This document shows positions 13,150 through 28,292 of a stretch of 64,000 nucleotides of DNA, piece after piece. The stretch is from the human T2T-CHM13v2.0 reference genome, Homo sapiens, in the NCBI RefSeq assembly GCF_009914755.1, contig NC_060926.1, one strand, 5' to 3'. Below the pieces are notes generated by a model. That model had not been told where the DNA came from. It saw only the letters and a list, made by a program, of their open reading frames with translations, and made no database searches. Made by a program: the position numbers and the translations under genes. How positions within the stretch are numbered: the stretch's first letter is position 1; every line of letters starts with the position of its first letter.

Positions 13150-14640
13150 CATTTTCCAGTCATCCTACTGGACCTCCTTGCTTGGATGCCCAAACCACAG
13201 GACCTGGTGCCAAACAAATGGTCTTCCCTTTTTGCACAACCATCTACTCCTCCTCTGACTTCCTTGTTTCTATTAATAACACCAACAGTCCCCAATCTCT
13301 AAGGCTCAAAACTGGAATTTCCTTTTTCCTCTCCTTCTTGCTCATCATTCCATCTTCTCATTGCTACAGGCCCAGTTTAGATCCTATTAATTCTTTTTCT
13401 AGACTCAACTAGTATAGTCTCCTTGCTATTCTCTGCTCCCATCCCCCTAGAGGCTCTCCCACCTCTAGCACATCCTACAGACCCTGAACAGCCTTTACCT
13501 TTCAAATGGCACTCAGTAGTTACTGACTTGTCTTATAATCATTTCAGTAGCAATCTCCTTAAAGTATAACTCAGATCATGTCACTTGCTTGCTCCAAAAC
13601 CCCTGATGGTTGCCCACAGCCAATCAAATTAGACAACCTCATTGGCCTTACATTCAAGGGATCCTAACCTAATTTTCTCGCCTCATCCCTCACATGGGAC
13701 CTACATTTTTGGCAAAGTGAGAGTGAAAGAGACGGCTTGTATCACAATATTTATTCTTCTCTTCTTCCTTAGAAATAGCACTCTTGACTGTTACATGGGC
13801 ACAGGACCACTGTATTTCCCAGTTAGCCTTGCAGTTAAGCATGACTGTTTGACAAAGTTCTGGCAAATAGGAAGTAAACAAAAATGTTGTGTGCATCTTG
13901 TGGGGAGTATCCTTAAGTGGTAGGGGGTATCCACTTTTACATATCTTCTTCCTTATGGCGTGGCAGAATGCACATACGATGCTGGACCTTGGGCTGCCCT
14001 CCTGGACTATAAAGTAGAAGCCAAGTATTGGGGATGGCAGCACAGAATGAGAGAAAGAGCCTGGTTTCTCGATGATCACAGTGTTATCCTACCAACCCTG
14101 AACTCCCAACCTCTGGACTCCTCTAAGTGAGAAAAAGATAAACTTCTTTCTTGCTTAACCCACAATTATTTTGTTGCCCATTCTTTTGTTTCATTTTATC
14201 GCATACAGCCAAATCTAATCTTAATTGATACTGGGGGCTCCCTCTCACTTTCTCAGAGCATGGTCTTCTTGCCTCCAAGCCTCTCTGTTCTCAGAGTTCT
14301 CTCTGCTGGCTGTGTCCAGCCCCTTCTTGTCCCTACCCTTCTGTTATGTACATCTCTACCTCTGCAACCAACCCACTGTCAAGGCCCATCTCCAATGTCT
14401 TCTACATGAGGCCTTTCTGATCCTCCCATCACTAGAGTCTCCCACTCCTTAGATTCCTCCAGCCCATTCAACTCCCTGATGTGATGTCTTCCTTCATAGT
14501 GATCACTCTAAACCAGTCTTACCTCACCGTCCTCCTCTTCTATATGAGGGCAGAGAGACCCTGAAGCACCATGGTGTACACATGGTCAGTGTTTGTTGAG
14601 ACACATTTTGGGCATGGCACAGCTCACACTGATTGATTCC
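13150..14640 (+). mobile_element. L2 fragments with nested MLT1 LTR (~13740-14230)
   Basis: L2 'ctcagatcatgtcacttgcttgctccaaaacccctgatggttgccc'; MLT1 'actgtatttcccagttagccttgcagttaagcatg...aaataaacttct'-like. Confidence 0.6.
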
Positions 14641-14649
14641 CCCTTCTTT

Positions 14650-15080
14650 GGGAGTTACCACTGCCCCACACCCCCTCCCATCACCACCGCCATCATGTTT
14701 TTCAATATGGTTGCCCTTGGCCGTGGTGGACTGGATGTGTGATAGACACCTTTCTCCTAGCTGACTTAGAGAGAGTCTCTCTTCTGAGAAATGGAAGAAA
14801 AGCTCTAAGGCAGTATGTTGCCTTGAGAGATATGGGCAGCCATATTGTGCCACGAGGACTGTAGAAGCGGTAAAGTCTCTCTGCAGAGTGAGAGAAGCTG
14901 GACAAGATGTGGAGAGAGACTTTGATGACTTTCCAGCTTCTTGGCTCAACTGTTCTAGAAGTAAGGATGTGCTCCTGCACTTGGATTCTAGGAGACTCCT
15001 TTGATTCTTACTATAACAAGTGTCCACTTTTAATTTAAGCTAATTCTAGCTGACTTTTGTTCTTGACACCAAAAGCTCAA
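14650..15080 (+). mobile_element. MLT1-type LTR (degenerate)
   Basis: 'gggcagccatattgtgccacgagg' and 3' 'tttaagctaattctagctgacttttgttcttgacaccaaaag'. Confidence 0.5.
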
Positions 15081-17042
15081 TATATATTTGTGGAATTTTA
15101 TTTAACTGGATTTGTCAGAGGGTCACAGATTGTTTGGTGGTAAAACGGGAGCCCTTCAGCTCTGTCCATTTGGTGGGATGACCACATGGGTTCAGAGCAT
15201 CACACATTTCTTTTTCTTTCTCCCTTGCCCCTCATTGTGCCCTCCTTTGGCTTTCTGTGACATTTGTTATCCCACTCACGACATTTACCATTAATTGCCC
15301 TATTTTTTCAGTATCCATGAGTATCCAGCTCACAGGCTGCAGGGGGCCATGGCCCTATCTTACTTGTTCTCCTGTCTCCAAAAGCTCAAGGAAGCCATTG
15401 GTATGTTACTTTCTGTTTATTTGCATTGGGAATAATCAGAATTATAACAGGCCAGTTTTTGTTATCATAACCAGACTAATTTCATTTAATCTTTACCAAG
15501 ATTGAGTTTATTTGTAAACTGAAGTCCACCGATGGAAAGAGGAAGAAAATGCCGTATCCTCTTAACCGCTTAAAAATCTTGACCTCAAAGAGAAGGAAAA
15601 AGCTGAAGCGGGAATGTTGAAGAAACATAAATTTCAATAAGTGAATAACTTCAGGCTTTAATATGAAATTCACTCTCAAGTGAGTTGGGCAATGGAACAC
15701 GTATTCTTCTGTTTTCTGTGTTCAGCAGACAGCTGGAAACCCACACAGGATGCCAGAACTATGTGACCTACATTTGCAGTTAGACAGCATTTGTTAAAAT
15801 GAAATCAAAGATTCAAAGTGTTTAAGTTTACATTTCTTTGGGAGTATTATATGTACTGGATAATGGAACAACAGATGCATTTCTTCTTCTTCTTTTTTTT
15901 CCTTCCAGGTATTTAAATTCACATTAATCTGCCTTTTCATTCTTTAAAAACAAAGACACACAAGCAGAAAACTCCCACTGAAGCCTTTTTTAGGTATAAA
16001 ACATTAATCTATTGAAAGCTTCACTAATGTACAATATCTCTGCATCTTTGGAATTAAGGTAAAATTTGAAATAAACTGAACTTTTTGCATTCTGGTTTAC
16101 ATCTTGATATTGTTAGTGTGGATGAAATAAATAAAGATACATAATTAACATTGCAGTCAGATTTATTTTCTCCTCAAGCAAATTGCCTGTGAGTACATTT
16201 TCTGGAATCAAGAGCAAATGTTTAAAGGGAAATTCCAGATTCCCATGAGATTCCCTGAATAAGCCTACTCAGATCTAGCCACTAACTGCTTAAAGAGAGC
16301 ATAGAGTTCATTTTGAAGATTGTGGTAATCAAGGTGGGAGGTAGGGCGTCTTTTTCTGGGGCTTGGTCCAGGAGGGATTTCCTTTAGAAATAAAGGTCTG
16401 TTCTCAACCAAAGTCTTCACACCCTCAGACCCTTGATCCCCAGATGGAGCCAATGCTGCCTAAACCTTCAGGGATTACAAATCCTTGCAGCCTTTGGTGT
16501 TGATTCTCAACTCACAGAGAGCCCTTTATTTCTCCAAATTTCCAGGGAAAATTAACAAGCTATTTCCACATTTCCATGGGTATCATTTCTGTCTGGAATG
16601 TCTTTCCCACTCTTCTTTATTATTCTTTCCCTCGCTTCCATCCAACTAATCTACTGAGATTCAATGCAAAGGTCATTTCTTTGGAGAGGTCTTCGCCAAC
16701 TGACTAAAAATAATCTTTCTCCTCCAAGTGCCACTCACAGCTCTATTTTCATATCTACGATGCTTACAAGTCACATTTGTAAATGGTTCTGGCCCTTTTC
16801 CCAGTGGGCTGCCCCTCCCTAGCCCTCTCTTCTAGTACTTGAACTCCCTCTGGGATGTGGCCCTATTTTGCTCCTCTTTGCATGCTCGACACTTAGCCCA
16901 TTTGGAGTTTAACAGGGTTGCAGAGTAAAAGCATGTTAGTTGCTTTACTGCATCAATCATACACGCTCTTCTATATCTCCCTTGATTCTTCTATGCCTAT
17001 AAATGTGCTCAGGTATCTTTTCAAACTATAAAATATTTTAAC

Positions 17043-17313
17043 TATATATATATATATATTTTTTTTTTTTTAGGGACAGGTTTTTCTCTGTCACCCAGGG
17101 TGACAGAGTGGCACAATCATAGCTCACTGTAACCTCAAACTCCTGGGCTCAAGAGATCCTCCTGCCTCAGCCTCCTGAGTAGCTAGGATTACAGATGTGC
17201 ACCACCATGCTCAGTTAATTTTTTTTTTCAGTAGAGATAGGGTTCTGCTCTGTTGGCTAGGCTGGTCTCGTATTCTTGACCTCAAGTGATCCTCCTGCCT
17301 TGGCATCTCAAAG
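17043..17313 (-). mobile_element. AluJ, 5'-truncated, with (TA)n next to its tail
   Basis: Antisense Alu: 'cacaatcatagctcactgtaacctcaaactcctgggctcaag'; stops at 'gcatctcaaag'. Confidence 0.9.
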
Positions 17314-17348
17314 ACTTTAACCTTCGAATAAATAAGAATCCAGGGTTC

Positions 17349-18710
<1,362 letters not shown>

Positions 18711-18729
18711 TAAAACCCACCACCACAAG

Positions 18730-19405
18730 CCAATCAAACTTGTCTTTGCTTCCTCATCCTCCAATCAAGGTTCTTAAGAAAAAGACTAACAGTCTCTGAA
18801 CTTCTCGTTGACTTCTACCTACTGCAATCCATCATCCTTATCCATCGCCCAACTGAAATCGTCTTGATATAATCTCCAATGATCTTAGTGCTGCCAAATT
18901 CAATAGCATTTTTCTGTCTTATTCTTCTTTGCAGCATTTGACACTCATCACTTTGTTTTTAGAAGCTCAACACAGCTAATGACCTTTTCCTCGCCTAACC
19001 TTCCATTTTCCCTCCCACTGTTCCCCGCAAGAACTCTTCTTTGCCATTATTTGAAGTGCAGTACTGTTTATATATGGCTCTTTCCATTCACCTCCTTTTC
19101 CCAGATCACTCTCATCTCCAACTAGCAGACTCCAGCTCATCCATCAGCTGTCGGCTCATATATCACCTCCTTTAAGAAGTCTTCTCTGAATGTTCTGTTG
19201 AATTTTTATAGTACTTACACCCCATGCTTCCTCTCCATAGCAGTTAGCACCATGTAATGGAATTGTCAGTTTCCTTATCTGTCTCCCATTATAAAATCCT
19301 GAAAGTCAGAGACCCTGGTGTATTCATCTTAGTATTCTCAGCACTGAGTACAACTCCTGGCACAAACTAGACACTCAATGTGCATTGGATGCGTAATTGA
19401 TTGAC
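18730..19405 (+). mobile_element. L2 LINE fragments
   Basis: 'ctccaatgatcttagtgctgccaaattcaatagc...gcagcatttgacact' and tail 'cctggcacaaactagacactcaatg'. Confidence 0.65.
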
Positions 19406-20282
19406 AGAGAAGCATGCTAAATCTGAAAACAGAATCTGGTTTCTTATTCCTAGACCTCAATGAACAGAAATTTATTTTAAAACAAGATGTTGTATAAACA
19501 GAAGGCATTAGTTTTGTTTATTTTTGTTTTGTTTTGTTTTAAGTAGGCATATTTCATTGTTATGGCTATTTAGCACACTTGGACTATAAATACTATTTGT
19601 GGAACTACTGTTTGGCTCCGACAATAACAGACCAAAATGAGACAGTAAAAGCCTTGCACGCAGACTTTTCTTCATTTGCAGGTCTTCTCATGCCTAATGC
19701 TAGTGCTATTACTCTTTATACTCTTGTTTCCTAATGGTTTCTACATTGTAGAGAAAATGAAGTTAGGCATAAGGCATAAAATATGTTAATTAACCTTATA
19801 GCAGCTTCAAAATGATGCTAAAATAATGGCCTTATCCTCCTGAAAAAGAAAAAAACATTTTGTCAAATTGTTGGAACAAAATGAAACTCTGGAAAAGTCT
19901 CACAAGAGACATGCTTTATTGTTGTCCCCCATAACGATTTGTCCTGGAAACCAGTGGTCATAGTACCTCCTCTCAACTGTAAAACAACTGAGCTGCAGCT
20001 TACATCTAAGACCATGAAGGAGAAGGAGGGGTGACACTTTAAGCCCTTTACACAGAGTTTACATCAGGTAGAATTTTATGGAATACCAAATTCAGTGTTG
20101 CTATTGATTTTTGACAATTTTAAAAAATCCTTACTTTTTTTGATGATTATGAGGAAAGGTGCACTCAGAGACTGGCCTGGATCCTAGTTTTAGGGCATTG
20201 AAGTTAGTATCCTTCCACACTTTTGCTTCGTCTGTTACCTTAAGGAAAACATGGCTTCAGCTGAGTGTGGTCTTATGGGACT

Positions 20283-20316
20283 GGATTTGGATTTGGATTT
20301 GGATTTGGATTTGGAT
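20283..20316. repeat. (TGGATT)n hexamer microsatellite
   Basis: About 5.5 perfect copies. Confidence 0.95.
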
Positions 20317-20639
20317 AGGCCTCTGGATGGACAGTAAATTATGAAAGCACATAAAAATCTCCACAAACTTGGAGGAAAGAGAATTGTTAAGAATTCAGGT
20401 TTTTTTCAAAGACCTCTTTTTCACACACTCAAAAGTTAAACTCAGGTGTTGCTCTTATGCAATGCTCTTCACACAGAAATTCAATATTTGATGATGATGA
20501 TGTTTAAAGTACACAAAGATTCCCAGATACGAAACCAGATGTGTAACAGAGGAATCCTTCTTGTGCTGCAAGAGTCCAAGAAGGCAAAAAGGTGGCAACA
20601 GAACCAGTGTAAAAAATTAAGTGCTTGAAAAGTCACTTT

Positions 20640-21000
20640 CCAAGGAGTGTACCTTAGAGTAGGCCAAATTTCTTAAACAGGACATAAAAATAGTGCTGAT
20701 CATAAAAGAAAGATGAATAAATTAAATTATATTAAGATTTACAACTTCTGTTTATAAAAAGATACATTTAACAGAAAGACAATCTACACCCACAGAGTGG
20801 GAGAAAATATTAACGCAAAGGATTTGAACACAGAACATTTTTTAAAAATTCCTACAAATCAATAAGAAGGAAAACAGAAAACTCGGTAAAAAAAACTGGC
20901 CAATGAATTGACAGACACTTCACAAAGGAAGATATCCAAATGGCCAGTAAATGCACAAAATGATGCTCAACTTCATTAGTTATCAGGGAATTAAAACTGT
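20640..21000 (+). mobile_element. Old L1M ORF2 fragment
   Basis: 'cacagagtgggagaaaatatt', 'acagacacttcacaaaggaagatatccaaatggccagtaa'. Confidence 0.75.
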
Positions 21001-21970
21001 TAGCTCAACTTCAAAGATCAGTGACTGTTTCTGTGTTTGCACATATGTATAGTCAAGTCTTTGAAGATAGATGGAACATTTTCTTGCCATTTCTATTTCA
21101 ATGGGTTCCAAGATATTAAGTCTCTGTCCCAACTAACAATGAATGAGTCTTGAGAACCCATCTCAGACAGCCATCAACAGACCTGGCTTGCACTAAAGAA
21201 ATAGACATTCATGTTTGGGCTCTCTTTTACATGCATTATTTTCAAAATAACCACATCTTAATCACATCAAACATTTGAGACACAAGTGTCTCAAAAACCA
21301 TCCTCTTCAGAGAAGAAAGGAAGAAAGAAAACAAAAGCTAATCTTTAAAGTCTAAAAAAGATAAATGATTTACCCAAATTCCAATGACAAATAAAAAATT
21401 TTCTATCTTAATTATCCAAACATTATTTCTTCCTTCATTCAAATAAACTTTTCTTGAACACCTACTACCTGCCAGACGTGTGCCACGACTGAGGGATATA
21501 AACACATGTGACGTAGGATATTTTCAATTCATTGACTCAGATGAGCACAAATGCAATTTGTTTTTCAATAACGGAAATCAGCTTCTGTCTGTCTAATGGT
21601 GTAATGAATAATTTAATCTTTCCAGATAAAATTGGTTGTTTCAGGGTCCATTTGCAGATTTTCTCTTTTCCTCTTTCCATTCTCCAGGTACTGGGGGCTG
21701 AGTTCCCCAGGGGCTAACATAGCAGTGGTGGGGGGAAAATAGAGAGGGGTCTCATTGGCAGCTCCCCTCTGCCTTATGCTGGCACCTGCTAAGGTGTCTA
21801 ATCAATTGCTGAGTTCTCGGGCATGGCCACCCCTTCATCTTGGCTTTAATGAAACAAGTCTTGTCTTCAGTTCATGCACACTGTGTTCTCCTCATCCAGG
21901 TGTGCAAGTCTACTGTCAGCCATCTGTGTGGCCCTCCTGGGGCAGCGGAGCTCTAAGAAGCTCTCTTGTG

Positions 21971-23231
21971 GAAACGGGGAAAGGATCCCCTATTTAATAA
22001 ATGGTGCTGGGAAAACTGGCTAGCCATATGTAGAAAGCTGAAATTGGATCCCTTTCTTACACCTTATACAAAAATTAATTCAAGATGGATTAAAGACTTA
22101 AATGTTAGACCTAAAACCATAAAAACCCTAGAAGAAAACCTAGGCAATACCATGCGGGACATAGACGTGGGCAAGGACTTCATGACTAAAACACCAAAAG
22201 CAATGGTAACAAAAGCCAAAATAGACAAATGGGATCTAATTAAACTAAAGAGCTTCAGCACAGCAAAAGAAACTACCATCAGAGTGAATAGGCAACCTAC
22301 AGAATGGGAGAAAATTTTTGCAATCTACCTATCTGACAAAGGACTAATAACCAGAATCTACAAAGAACTTGAACAAATTTACAAGAAAAAAATCAAACAA
22401 TCCCATCAAAAAGTGGGCAAAGGATATGAACAGACACTTCTCAAAAGAAGACATTTATGCAACCAACAGGCACATGAAAAAATGCTCATCATCACTGGTT
22501 ATCGGAGAAATGCAAATCAAAACCACAATGACATATCATCTCACACCAGTTAGAATGGCGATCATTAAAAAGTCAGGAAACAATAGGTGCTGGAGAGGAC
22601 ATGGAGAAATAGGAATGCTTTTACACTGTTGGTGGGAGTGTAAACTAGTTCAGCCATTGTGGAAGACAGTGTGGTGATTCCTCAAGGATCTAGAACTAGA
22701 AATACCATTTGACCCAGTGATTCCATTCCTGGGTATATACCCAAAGGATTATAAATCATGCTACTATAAAGACACACGCACACGTATGTTTATTGCTGCA
22801 CTATTCACAATAGTAAAGACTTGGAACCAACCAAAATGTTGGATTAAGAAAATGTGGCACATATACACCATGGAATACTCTGCAGCCATGAAAAAGGATG
22901 AGTTCATGTCCTTTGTAGGGACATGGATGAAGCTAGAAACCATCATTCTGAGCAAACTATCGCAAGGACAGAAAACCAAACACTGCATTTTCTCATTCAC
23001 AGGTAGGAATTGAACAATGAGAACACTTGGACACAGGGCGGGGAACATCACACACCAGAGCCTGTCGTTGGGTGGGGGGAGGGGGGAGGGATAGCATCAG
23101 GAGAAATACTTAATGTAAATGACTAGGTAATGGGTGCAGCACACCAACATGGCACATGTATACATATGTAACAAACCTGCACTTTGTGCACATGTACCCT
23201 AGAACTTAAAGTATAATTTAAAAAAAAAAAA
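21971..23231 (+). mobile_element. L1PA5-like, 5'-truncated (frameshifted ORF2 C-terminus plus 3'UTR)
   Basis: ORFs match L1 ORF2 ([37 protein letters not shown]); 3'UTR and polyA; 16-bp TSD AAGAAGCTCTCTTGTG at 21955-21970 and 23325-23340. Confidence 0.96.
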
Positions 23232-23409
23232 GCAATTATGATGTAAAAAAAAATGAAACAAAAAAAAAGAAACAGGACAATCTGTGATTTTAATATTAAG
23301 ATAGCAAATTGACTTACAAAAAAAAAGAAGCTCTCTTGTGCCTTTCAGGGGCAGCCACAAGCCTCTCAGCCAGCATCCCATGATGAACATCCCTACATTG
23401 GTACTGCAC

Positions 23410-23812
23410 TGTGGTAGATTGAATTATTTTGCCCAATTGAGCAATTCCTCCCCATATAATAGGATTATATTCCCCACCCATTGTCATGTGACTTGTCCTC
23501 CCTAATGGTGGGAGGAATATGCATCCCTGCCTCATTGCCTTTTGGTTTGGCCATGTGACATGCTTTGTTTAATGAGATGTGAACGGACATGGCATTTGTC
23601 ACTTTAAGCAGAAGCTCTAAAAGCAATTGAGTGTTTTGGCCTGACCTCTTGGGCTAAATAAGAAATGTTTCATCAGTTCTAGTCTGGGATGAAAAGACAC
23701 ATTTAACAGACCCACATGACCCACAGGACTGTGGTCAAGAAATAAATGTTCATTGCCATAAGTCGTTGAAATTGTGGGGTTGATTGTTGCCACAGCAAAA
23801 GCTGATTAACAC
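23410..23812 (+). mobile_element. MLT1-type MaLR LTR
   Basis: Starts 'tgtggtagattg', has 'ttggccatgtgacatgcttt', ends 'aaataaatgttcattgccataagtc...cagcaaaagctgattaacaca'. Confidence 0.75.
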
Positions 23813-24642
23813 AAACCCCATTCTGACATGTGCAGAGAAAATTCTAGGGAGTTGGAAAAATGTGGGAACGCTTTCCTTTATCCCATGCTCACAGAACCCC
23901 AGACTTATCTGAGAATTCCGTGGTCCTCTTATGAGAATTTAGCTAAGTAGTGCAGGAGTGCTTTCTCAGGGAAACTTTGGAGAGACCCTTCAACATTCAG
24001 TCCTCTAACTTTCCTTCCAACTCATAGCTCTACACCCCTGGCATGGCTTGGAGAAATATTTCTTAATATAAAAGAAGGGACAGGAATATCTCTTTATCTT
24101 CCTCCCTGAACCTCAGCTTTATCTTTTTCAAACTTAAAAGACAAAATGTTACTGTCATTATGGCCCCTCGGGCATGGTGGGCCCATGTTTAGTGGCTTGA
24201 CTGGAGAAGGATCAGGGTTCAAGAGAAGAAATTCAGTGAAGTTCAGGGTGACAGTAGAAACAGCTTGATTATTCAAACAAAATAATGTCTCAGTGAATGT
24301 TCTCAAGGAACGTACAGCTTCGTAGAGGAGATAGACCTTTCACCAATAAGCACGAGAAAAGCTTTCAGCTCTGTGTTAGACACATGTATATAAGGAATTC
24401 ACTGGAGTCCAAATGGGAGGAATGCTAAATTTCTATCTGGAGAGAGGGTGGAATGAAAAGTTTCCTGAAGAAAATGACCCTAAAATAACATTTAAGGGGT
24501 GAACATGATTACCACTGGTGTTGAGGTAGGATAAAGCCATTCTGGGAAGAAAAAAAATACGAGCAAAATCTGAAGGTTTTGTCCTAGATGGTTCCAATTT
24601 TGAGAGAGATCTATTGAAACCTTACATTATAATTTTTGTTAA

Positions 24643-25001
<359 letters not shown>

Positions 25002-27345
25002 TAATGCATTTTGCTTTATTTACTTATTTTCTAGGTTGTTTGGTTAATAATAGATGAGTTGAAACAAGCATGAATGAGTTATATATGAAAATACGTATAT
25101 TATTTCTAGGGACAGACATGTTCTTATACTGTATTGTAATATGTTATAATAATACATGTAGTAATAATATTATATAACATATGATAGTTTCTAATGACAA
25201 GCATGTTTTTATTTTTTGTGCTTTACAAAACTTCTCTCATAAACTACATGAAGAAGTAGTAGATGAGCTAGAAGCAACTGGTGGAAATTTGGATGATGAT
25301 GCAATCATAAACTGCGGAACTTAACTTTCTGATTCTTGTCTTTAATTTCTAGACTGCCATCAGCCTAGCTCTGTAACAAAGAGAAATTAGAGTAGTCCAG
25401 GAAAAAAGCACTAGTCTAGAAGTCTAAGGAAACCAAAGAAACTTGAAATATCTAATTCTACCTCTATTTTCTGTGGTTTTTGCTTTGTTTTCATGGGAAG
25501 CTATTTTCAAGGGAAGTATGTAATACATTTTCTTCATAAAAGTGCTGCATCCCTTTAACATCCTATGACTGCTAAATCTGATGTCACAACATCCAAGGAT
25601 AACTCTACTGCAAATGCTAGTAGTGATACTAATAATATCTAATGTGTATTGAGTGATTACCATACGGCCAACTTATTCTAAGTGCTTTATGTGGATATTG
25701 TGAAATTGTATAAGAATTCTCAAAACACAAACATTTCAACTCAAGCTAATGAAAAATGCACTGTGTCTAATTGTCTTTTGTTGGAATCTAGCCTAATGAA
25801 ATAATTCAGAGTATGGAAAATGTGATTTGCATGATTATATTACTCAGAATATGAAACCACAGGGAAATAGTTGAGTAAAACATGGCATATCCACCTAATG
25901 AAACATGAGTTATACATGTTAAGTGATCATATAACTCATGTTTTCTTTGTGATTATTCCTTTAATGCCTAACAGCCCATTTGGAATGTGACCTATAATTG
26001 TCTGTTTTCTTCACTACCATATTATTGGTGCTGCATAGTGTCTATGCAAAATTGGCATTCAATTTATTTTGTTAAATTATTAAATAAGCAATATAGAAAT
26101 AAGAAAAACTGCTAGTAACCAACTATCAAATAAAACAAGGAAGAAGATCACAGTGGTGAGTTTACAACTATGTAACACAGGTCTATCAAAAAGACTGGAG
26201 TAGAATACTTAGAATGATAACTTTCCTGTGCAGGTAAGGTTATAAAATTTAGTTTTTACTATTTTTACAATATGGAAGCCATAACAGGAGTCTAAATGAA
26301 ACTTTTCCAGTCTGTGCATTAAGACTGAGAACAATAGCTTTTAAGTGCTTATAGGTTCTCATGAAGGGTCGAAAACATCTGTGCATGACTTCTAGGCCCT
26401 TCTATCTCCATTCTCTCCATACTAAGAAAGGATAAGGATGGAAGGTTGGGAGAAATTTCTTTGGAGAGATTTGTTGGAGTGCTATGCTTTTCCCAGCCAC
26501 CTTCAAAGGCTGGTTTAGGAATACCTCTCAGGGAGCTTGATGTGGGTCCGTGAAGTTTGAAGGGCACAGACACATACCTGACTTTGACTTAGACAAGTCC
26601 ATAGTCAGGGCTGTGAGCAGAGAGAGCTACCAGAGAAGTCATCCCTCATCCTGGATTCTGTGAGAAGCATCCTACCAGAAGCAGGAGAGCTGCTGTACTG
26701 CACAACTCCATGGGAGACGTGATGGAACTGAAGGGTGAGCCACAGATAACCAGGGGAGGGTGCAGTGGGAGAATCTAAGAGAAGGAGGTCACGAAAGAAT
26801 CACAGAACCCACAAAGGTGCTCCATGAGAGAAACCATCACATAGAATACAGCCAGAAAACAAGGAATAAGAAGAGAAAAGAGGGCCCTCTCTCTCCGCAT
26901 TTTCCCTCTGCAAGTGTTCAAGCATGGGTCAGGTGAAACTGTGCAGGCCAGGAGCAAAGCTTTAAATTTCTTGACAGATTGGAAATGTTGACCTAGGTTA
27001 AGCTGGGCTTCTTAATACATGAGAATGACAATATTTTAATATACAAATATGGCTAGAAAAAAATGATGGGGTTTGCTTTAGATATCTTTGCATGATGGAG
27101 AAAAGAGAGCAAATAGAGCAGTTCTGAAATATTGTGGTGTGAGAAAAACAAAGCTACTTCATGATATGACTCCACAAATCCTAGCTTATTCATTAAGCTA
27201 GTTCTCTTGGGCAAATGAAAAAAATATGCATTATGCCTTTTTAATTTTATGTGTGTGTATACACATACATATTACTTCATGAGAAATTGTGTTTCTTAAA
27301 GACAAACACTAAAGTAATAGCCATTTCCATTATAAAGAACAGAAG

Positions 27346-27723
<378 letters not shown>

Positions 27724-27744
27724 TCACCAAGTATTGATTAATTT

Positions 27745-28292
27745 CCTGTGCTAATACTCCGTTTGCCTCTCCAGACCTACTCTCCATCATCTCTTCCCCA
27801 CTCTGAGTCTTGGGAGGCAGACGTCCATGGACTGCTTCACTCTCAACCTCCTTGACTTTACTTGGGTTTGGCCAATCAGAAGCATTAGTAGAAGATGAAG
27901 GAGAAGGAAGAGAGAGAAGCTGGAGTACTTATTCCCTGACCTTCCTGCCCTCCGCTAGGCCAAAGGTTTGGGCAATGGTTGCATTCTCCTAGATTCCTCT
28001 AGGTTGCTTTGTATCCTCGGCTTTTCTCAGAAGGTTCCTCTTTCAAGGATTCTGTTTGGTTTGCACTGGGTTCCAGTAAGATCACTTGCCTTCCCCTTCA
28101 GGGTTGAGGGTGGCCATGGCTTCCTAATGCATCCTAGGTATCTCATCCTCCCACATTGGTTCCAGTTCCCTGCCCACACCTCTTCAAAGAGAACCTTTGT
28201 TAAACTCTATCCATTAAAGCTTTGAACCTTTGTTAAACTCTATCCATTAAAGCTTAAGGACCTTCTGGTTCCTTAGAAGAGTCTAATAAAAC
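27745..28292. mobile_element. Old ERVL-type LTR (LTR33-like), containing a 33-bp tandem duplication
   Basis: 'gggtttggccaatcagaagcattag', 'ccctgcccacacctct...ctttgttaaactct'. Confidence 0.5.

Noticed and set aside
14524-15027. 167-aa minus-strand ORF
   Set aside because: Overlaps decayed MLT1/L2 sequence, with no recognisable domain or supported exon structure.
15880-15910. Strong polypyrimidine tract plus CAG
   Set aside because: No downstream open exon or donor identified; probably a simple T-rich tract.
20283-20316. (TGGATT)n as a telomere-like or CRISPR-like array
   Set aside because: Short ordinary hexamer microsatellite with no spacers, and not TTAGGG.
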